Source of the DNA: Candidatus Moraniibacteriota bacterium
GTDB taxonomy: Bacteria > Patescibacteriota > Minisyncoccia > Moranbacterales > UBA2206
Direction of reading: 5' to 3'
Assembly: GCA_013334765.1 (NCBI GenBank)
Contig: JAAXWW010000001.1
Location: 39,816-103,815, forward strand
DNA: 64,000 nt
The position numbers and the translations under genes were made by a program. Each line of letters opens with the position of its first letter. Position 1 is the stretch's first letter. The notes under the pieces are model-generated. The model was given only the letters and a program-made list of their open reading frames with translations, was not told where the DNA came from and searched no databases. Shown here in pieces: positions 58,393 to 64,000 of the stretch.

Positions 58393-58698
58393 ATGAAGAT
58401 CAAAAAGAACGATACAGTCAAGATGCTTTCAGGGAAAGACAAATCCAAAACCGGCAAGGTCTTGAGTGTCGTTCCTAGCGATTTGAAAGTGGTTGTTGAA
58501 GGTTTGAATATAGTCAAGAAGCACGTCAAGCCGAGAAGGGAAGGTGAAACGGGACAAAGGGTGGAGATTCCAAGGCGCGTCGATGTTTCAAAGGTAATGC
58601 TTATCTGCCCGAAATGCTCGAAGCCGGCGAGAGTCGCTATCAAGATGGAAGGCGGCAAGAAGCTGAGAATCTGCAAGAAGTGCAAAGGAGAAATATAA
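58393..58698 (+). CDS. rplX: 50S ribosomal protein L24
   Basis: KOW motif DTVKMLSGKDK..GKV, VEGLN. Confidence 0.95.
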   Translation: MKIKKNDTVKMLSGKDKSKTGKVLSVVPSDLKVVVEGLNIVKKHVKPRREGETGQRVEIPRRVDVSKVMLICPKCSKPARVAIKMEGGKKLRICKKCKGEI

Positions 58699-58721
58699 TA
58701 GCAAATTCACCAATCAAGATT

Positions 58722-59261
58722 ATGGCATCAATCAAGCAAAAATATAATAAGGAGACTATCGCCGCGATCAAGAAGGAGTTCAAGCTCAAGAATGATTTCG
58801 AAGTTCCGAGAATAGAGAAGGTGGTTGTCAATGTCGGAATCGGAAGGCATCTTAAGGACGCCAATTTGGTGAAGGAGATTTTTGAAACCATAACGGCGAT
58901 TACCGGACAGAAGCCGGTTATGACCAAATCGAAGAAATCAATAGCAGGATTCAAGACTCGCGAAGGACAGGAAATAGGAATGCGAGTGACTATAAGAGGA
59001 AGGCGCAAGTGGGATTTCATAGAGAAGCTGATCGGCGCGGCTGTTCCTCGTATCAGGGACTTCCATGGAATCAAGAAAACATCAGTCGATGAAGGAGGAA
59101 ATTTCAATCTGGGAATCAAGGAGCAGATCATTTTCCCTGAAATAAACCCTGAACATGTCAGGAACACGTTCAGTTTCCAGGTCAATGTGGTGACTAACGC
59201 CAAGAATCGGGAGACAGGAATGGCATTGTTCAGGTTATTGGGATTCCCAATTGAGAAATAA
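58722..59261 (+). CDS. rplE: 50S ribosomal protein L5
   Basis: [33 protein letters not shown]. Confidence 0.96.
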   Translation: MASIKQKYNKETIAAIKKEFKLKNDFEVPRIEKVVVNVGIGRHLKDANLVKEIFETITAITGQKPVMTKSKKSIAGFKTREGQEIGMRVTIRGRRKWDFIEKLIGAAVPRIRDFHGIKKTSVDEGGNFNLGIKEQIIFPEINPEHVRNTFSFQVNVVTNAKNRETGMALFRLLGFPIEK

Positions 59262-59278
59262 GTAATTATAAAGTTATT

Positions 59279-59464
59279 ATGGCGAAATTATCTGTTGAAG
59301 TAAGGGCGCAAAAAAAGCCGAAATTCTCTTCTCGTGAAGTCAGGCGTTGCTGGAGATGCGGAAGGAAACACGGTTATATGCGCGAATTCGATATTTGCAG
59401 GATATGCTTCAGAGAGTTGGCAAGTACCGGACAGATCCCTGGCGTGAGAAAGGCCAGCTGGTAA
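59279..59464 (+). CDS. rpsN: 30S ribosomal protein S14 (zinc-binding type Z)
   Basis: RCWRCGR...ICRICFRE...PGVRKASW. Confidence 0.95.
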   Translation: MAKLSVEVRAQKKPKFSSREVRRCWRCGRKHGYMREFDICRICFRELASTGQIPGVRKASW

Positions 59465-59545
59465 AGAAAAAAAGTTTGATTTAAATTGATAACTCCATCA
59501 GCCCTAGGGCTGACCGCCACTGGCGGAAATTTAAGCGAAGCGATT

Positions 59546-59950
59546 ATGTTAGATCCAATAGCAGAAATGTTAACAAGAATCAGGAACGCTCAGAGCGCGG
59601 GAAAGAAATCCGTCACTTTCGGTGCCTCCAAATTAAAGATGGCTGTCGCTTCTATCCTGGAGCGAGAGGGCTTTGTCGAATCGGTCGCTAAGGAAAACGA
59701 CGGCAAGTTCGATATGATAAGGATAGGCCTGAAATATTATACCGTATCGAACACCAAGAAGCTTCCTGCTATCAAGGGAATCAGGCGTATCAGCAAGGAA
59801 GGACAGAGGATCTATGTCGGAAAAAAGGAAGTGCATGGCGTGAAGAACGGATACGGAATCGGAATCATATCGACCTCCAAGGGAGTCATGACTGACAATG
59901 AATCAAGGAAAGCAGGTCTGGGAGGCGAATATATCTGCGAAGTCTGGTAA
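59546..59950 (+). CDS. rpsH: 30S ribosomal protein S8
   Basis: DPIAEMLTRIRNA, STSKGVM, GGEYICEVW. Confidence 0.96.
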   Translation: MLDPIAEMLTRIRNAQSAGKKSVTFGASKLKMAVASILEREGFVESVAKENDGKFDMIRIGLKYYTVSNTKKLPAIKGIRRISKEGQRIYVGKKEVHGVKNGYGIGIISTSKGVMTDNESRKAGLGGEYICEVW

Positions 59951-59993
59951 TATTGAAAACAGCGGAATTTTTATAGATTAAATTATAGCGACT

Positions 59994-60536
59994 ATGTCTA
60001 AAATCGGAAAAAAGCCAATTGAAATACCGGAGGGTGTCGAAATAAGACTCGAAGGGGATATCCTATTCGCCAAGGGTCCGAAAGGAGAACTGAATGTGAA
60101 GGTTCTTCCTGAGGTTAAGCTGGAAATCGACAAGGCTCAGATCATCGTCAAGAAGGCTGATGAGCAGGCTTCTACCAATGCTTTCTGGGGACTCATGCGC
60201 GCTCTTATCAATAACATCATTGTCGGAGTGAAGGACGGATACGAAAAGAAGCTCGAGCTTCAGGGAGTCGGATTCAGGATGTCGGTTCAGGGCAGCAAGA
60301 TCAATATGGCGCTCGGCTTTTCCCATCCTGTCGAAGCGGAAGTCCCAGCCGGGCTGACCGCGAAGATCGAAGATAACAATATCCTGGTCATAAGCGGAAT
60401 AGACAAGCAGGCTGTCGGGCAGTTCGCTGCTGACGTGAGATCGCTCAAGGAAGTCGAACCGTATAAAGGCAAAGGTTTCAGATATGTCGGCGAGAAGGTA
60501 AGAAGAAAAGCCGGAAAGAAAGCCGGAACTAAATAA
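59994..60536 (+). CDS. rplF: 50S ribosomal protein L6
   Basis: MSKIGKKPI, GPKGEL, LGFSHP, EPYKGKG. Confidence 0.97.
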   Translation: MSKIGKKPIEIPEGVEIRLEGDILFAKGPKGELNVKVLPEVKLEIDKAQIIVKKADEQASTNAFWGLMRALINNIIVGVKDGYEKKLELQGVGFRMSVQGSKINMALGFSHPVEAEVPAGLTAKIEDNNILVISGIDKQAVGQFAADVRSLKEVEPYKGKGFRYVGEKVRRKAGKKAGTK

Positions 60537-60548
60537 ACTTGTATCAAT

Positions 60549-60893
60549 ATGAAAGAGAGCAGAAACAATTTGAGATTGAAGAGGAAGAAGCGCGTACGGG
60601 CTAAGGTTTCGGGTACTTCTTCAAGGCCTCGCCTCAGCGTTTTCAGGAGCCTTAGAGCTATAAGCGCTCAGGTTGTCGATGACGAAGCAGGAAAGACATT
60701 GGCTTTCGCCAGCTCGCGCGAAGGGAAAAACAAGAACGACATGGATGGAGCCAAGAATGTCGGGATTGCTATTGCTAAGAAATGCATGGAAAAGAAAATA
60801 GAAGAAGTTTCTTTTGATCGCTCGGGATACAAATATCACGGAAAAGTGAAAGCCGTGGCTGAGGGAGCGAGAGAAGGCGGACTTAAATTTTAA
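60549..60893 (+). CDS. rplR: 50S ribosomal protein L18
   Basis: RPRLSVFRS, FDRSGYKYHGKVKA. Confidence 0.96.
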   Translation: MKESRNNLRLKRKKRVRAKVSGTSSRPRLSVFRSLRAISAQVVDDEAGKTLAFASSREGKNKNDMDGAKNVGIAIAKKCMEKKIEEVSFDRSGYKYHGKVKAVAEGAREGGLKF

Positions 60894-60908
60894 CTTTAGG
60901 AAGCGATT

Positions 60909-61409
60909 ATGCCTAGGAATGATAAAAAATTCAGAGTAAAAAAGGAGAAGCCTGAGTTCGATCAGAAACTTCTCGACTTGGCGAGAGTCACCCGTGTCGT
61001 TAAGGGAGGACGCCGTTTCAGATTCCGCGCCACTTTGGTGATCGGGAACAGGAAAGGCAAAGTCGGTGTGGGAGTCGGAAAGGGATCGGATGTCACTGAT
61101 GCTATCAGGAAGGCTTTTGATGATGGAAAGAAGAACCTGATCAACGTTCCTATTCATGGAAACACCATAAGCCACGACATAGAATACAAATCAGGAAGCG
61201 CCAAGGTGCTTCTGAAGCCGGCTCCGGAAGGAAGAGGGATCGTTGCCGGAGGAGCAGTGAGAGCCGTTGTCGATTTTTCGGGAATAAAAGACATCGTTTC
61301 CAAATCTTTCGGAACATCCAACAAGCTCAATGTGGCCCGCGCGACTGCCGAGGCTCTTGAAAGTCTGAATTATTCGAGGAACAAGAAGGAAAGAACAGTC
61401 AAAGCCTAA
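60909..61409 (+). CDS. rpsE: 30S ribosomal protein S5
   Basis: RVTRVVKGGRRF, GIVAGGAVRAV. Confidence 0.96.
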   Translation: MPRNDKKFRVKKEKPEFDQKLLDLARVTRVVKGGRRFRFRATLVIGNRKGKVGVGVGKGSDVTDAIRKAFDDGKKNLINVPIHGNTISHDIEYKSGSAKVLLKPAPEGRGIVAGGAVRAVVDFSGIKDIVSKSFGTSNKLNVARATAEALESLNYSRNKKERTVKA

Positions 61410-61438
61410 ATAAGAATATAACTACTTTTCTTTATACT

Positions 61439-61879
61439 ATGCAGCTACATGAATTAAAATTGAAAACCCCCAGGAAGTCCCGAAAGACTATCGGACGAGG
61501 AGGAAAAAAAGGTACTTATTCCGGAAGGGGAAATAAAGGACAGAAGGCTAGAAGCGGCGGGAATGTCAATCCTCTTTTTGAAGGCGGACGCTCGACTTTG
61601 GTTGATCACATGAAAAAGAAGAGGGGCTTCAAATCCCTTGTCGTGAAGAAGAATGTCATAGACTCGGCTGATCTTGAGAAGAAATTCCCGAAAGGCGGCG
61701 AAATAAGCAAGGAAACCCTTATCGCGGCTGGCATGGTCACTAAGGCCAAAGCGGAAAACGGAATCAAGATTCTTGGAAAAACGGAACTCAAGCAGAAATT
61801 TTCTATTGCTAAGGGCATCCTTCTTAGCTCTTCAGTCAAAGACGCTATCGCAAAGGCTGGCGGAGAGATAGCTTCTTAG
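61439..61879 (+). CDS. rplO: 50S ribosomal protein L15
   Basis: GRGGKKGTYSGRGNKGQKARSG, FEGG. Confidence 0.94.
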   Translation: MQLHELKLKTPRKSRKTIGRGGKKGTYSGRGNKGQKARSGGNVNPLFEGGRSTLVDHMKKKRGFKSLVVKKNVIDSADLEKKFPKGGEISKETLIAAGMVTKAKAENGIKILGKTELKQKFSIAKGILLSSSVKDAIAKAGGEIAS

Positions 61880-61913
61880 GGAAATATTTCAGGACTTTCA
61901 TGTATTTATTTTT

Positions 61914-62066
61914 TGTCATCTCGAGCGCAGCGTAGCGAAGTCGAGAGATCTGTTGATGATTGTCAGGATTCTTTCAGGACATGGTATAATTTACAGGGTA
62001 TTGCTGGCAGATCCTTCGACTGCGTAAATATTCGCTTTGCTCATATTTACTCCGCTCAGGATGACA
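61914..62066. repeat. REP-like paired palindromic element
   Basis: TGTCATCTCGAGCGCAG..GTCGAGAGATCT ... AGATCCTTCGAC..CGCTCAGGATGACA. Confidence 0.7.
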
Positions 62067-62097
62067 TAAGTAAAATCAGTATAAAGGTCCTGATACT

Positions 62098-63375
62098 ATG
62101 AAAGATAAATTCACTCAAATATTCCGTGTACCGGAACTTAGGAACAAGATATTTTTTGTCTTGTCTCTTTTGATTGTCTTCAGGATCGTTGCTAATATTC
62201 CTGTTCCGGGCATAGATCAGGAAAGATTGCGGATATTCTTTCAAGGAAATCAGTTTTTCGGATTGCTTAATCTTTTTTCAGGACGCGGTCTCACTAGCAT
62301 TTCGATAGTCATGCTGGGAGTGGGCCCGTATATTACGGCGTCGATTATCATGCAGCTTCTCACTATGATCGTTCCGAAGTTGGAACAGATCCAGAAGGAG
62401 GAAGGGGAAGCGGGCAGGCAGAAGTTCAACCAATGGACTAGGTGGATCACTGTTCCTTTGGCGGCAATGCAGACTTTCGCCATGGTGGCGCTTTTGAAAT
62501 CCCAGGGGATACTGCTTCCTACGATCAGTAGTTTCGATGTCTTATCCATAGTCATTGTTGCTGTTGCAGGAACGGTTTTCCTTATGTGGCTCGGTGAGCT
62601 TATTACGGAAAAGGGCATTGGGAACGGGGTTTCTCTTATCATATTCGCTGGAATCGTTTCGGGCCTTCCGTCTTCGTTCACCAAGGTCTATTCAACGATG
62701 GACACGTCTCAGCTTTTCACTTATATCATTCTCCTAGCGCTTATTGTCGTAGCTATTGCGGCGGTGGTTTTCGTTACGGAGGGACAGCGAAATATCCCGG
62801 TGGCTTATGCGAAAAGGATCAGAGGCGACAAGACATATGGCGGATCGTCTTCGCATCTGCCGCTCAGGATCAATCAGGCGGGAGTGATTCCGATCATCTT
62901 CGCTTTGTCGATCATGCTTTTTCCTGGAATGATCGCTAATTTTCTGGCGAAGAGTTCCAATGCCGGCCTTGCTGATGTTGCTACGAAAATAAGCGTTTTC
63001 TTTTCTCCGACTAGCTGGAGCTATTGGGCTATATATTTCATTCTTGTGGTGGCTTTTACGTATTTCTATACGGCGGTCGTTTTCGATCCGAATAAGATTT
63101 CGGAAAATCTTCAGAAGCAAGGTGGATATATTCCGGGAATTCGTCCAGGAAAGAACACTTCGGATTATCTGTATAAGATAATGAACCGGGTCACTCTTTC
63201 GGGGGCGACTTTCTTGGGGCTTATCGCTATTTTGCCTTTCATTATTCAGTCTTTTACGAATATCGGTTCTATTTCTGTGGGCGGCACCGGTCTTCTTATC
63301 GTCGTTTCGGTTGTTATCGATACGATGAAACAGGTCGAATCCCAGCTTGTGATGCGAAACTACGAAGGATTCTAG
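62098..63375 (+). CDS. secY: preprotein translocase SecY
   Basis: LGVGPYITASII, GIGNGVSLII, GVIPIIFA, IPGIRPG, GGTGLLIVV. Confidence 0.98.
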   Translation: MKDKFTQIFRVPELRNKIFFVLSLLIVFRIVANIPVPGIDQERLRIFFQGNQFFGLLNLFSGRGLTSISIVMLGVGPYITASIIMQLLTMIVPKLEQIQKEEGEAGRQKFNQWTRWITVPLAAMQTFAMVALLKSQGILLPTISSFDVLSIVIVAVAGTVFLMWLGELITEKGIGNGVSLIIFAGIVSGLPSSFTKVYSTMDTSQLFTYIILLALIVVAIAAVVFVTEGQRNIPVAYAKRIRGDKTYGGSSSHLPLRINQAGVIPIIFALSIMLFPGMIANFLAKSSNAGLADVATKISVFFSPTSWSYWAIYFILVVAFTYFYTAVVFDPNKISENLQKQGGYIPGIRPGKNTSDYLYKIMNRVTLSGATFLGLIAILPFIIQSFTNIGSISVGGTGLLIVVSVVIDTMKQVESQLVMRNYEGF

Positions 63376-63677
63376 CGTTGTTGTTTTTCATGATTTTTGA
63401 ATCCGGAAATTATACAGTCCAAAGGAAGCATTGTTATTGATTGAGTCGAGATATCATACATTTGCAAAAGAATTACTATTGTTTCTCTGAGGTAAGGCAT
63501 AATCCTAAAGATTTAGCAGGTCCGGAAATTATACGGTCCAGAAGAATTACTATTGCGACCGCGATGAGGGTAAGATTACTCTTGAGGCTGTTGAGACATA
63601 GTGATTTCTGTGTTGCGCTCAGTGAGTAATTCTCCTGTCCCGCATAATTTCCTCGGCATATAATTTATATATTATTT

Positions 63678-64000
63678 ATGAACATCGTCATTCTTGGCCC
63701 TCAGGGTTGCGGCAAAGGAACGCAAGCGGAAATGCTGGCTGAAAAGTTCGATTTGGAACATTTCGATATGGGCAAATCTCTTCGGAGAGTAGCTGAGGAA
63801 GATACTCCGCTAGGCAAAGAGATCTGGGAGATTCAGAATGTTTCCAGGACCTTGGTTCCCAAGAGGATAATGCAGGAGGTTTTCGCTTTGAAAATGAACT
63901 CAATCCCAAGGGAACAGGGCGTGGTTTTCGATGGGATGCCGAGGAATCTTGATCAGGCTCTGTATTTCGAAGAGGCGGTCAGGGAATTCGGCAGGAAGAT
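63678..64000 (+). CDS. adk: adenylate kinase (5' part, truncated by the window end)
   Basis: MNIVILGPQGCGKGTQA P-loop, FDGMPR; follows secY. Confidence 0.88.
   Translation, partial: MNIVILGPQGCGKGTQAEMLAEKFDLEHFDMGKSLRRVAEEDTPLGKEIWEIQNVSRTLVPKRIMQEVFALKMNSIPREQGVVFDGMPRNLDQALYFEEAVREFGRK

Noticed and set aside
63376-63677. DGR template repeat candidate
   Set aside because: No similarity to the 50270-50400 variable region and no AAC-rich frame.

Overview
Chromosomal segment of a bacterium, very probably Patescibacteria/CPR (Parcubacteria-like). Support: the spc operon has no L30 gene between rpsE and rplO, there is a tandem VirB2/TrbC-type pilin array, and several CPR-style hypotheticals are present. 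The backbone is housekeeping: nusA, ppaC, tig, clpP, gpmI, rny, HU, rpoBC, ftsK, rodZ-like, recA, ndk, rpmB, the str/S10/spc ribosomal clusters, secY, the start of adk, and tRNA-Ser, -Pro and -Gly. Two accessory blocks stand out. (1) An ~8 kb AT-rich island at tRNA-Gly (about 15.7-23.8 kb). It carries a large serine recombinase whose C-terminus is read from the antisense tRNA, a zinc-ribbon membrane gene led by a pseudoknotted candidate RNA, a direct-repeat-flanked three-gene TIGR04255-type cassette (possible chaperone/antitoxin/toxin module), an EcoRI-like R-M pair, and a decayed tRNA-Gly 3' copy at the right end. (2) An insertion between fusA and tuf with an AbiE-like toxin-antitoxin pair and an 891-aa surface protein ending in a DGR-type variable region; no RT or template repeat was seen in the window. 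All calls are by eye from sequence motifs; no searches were run.
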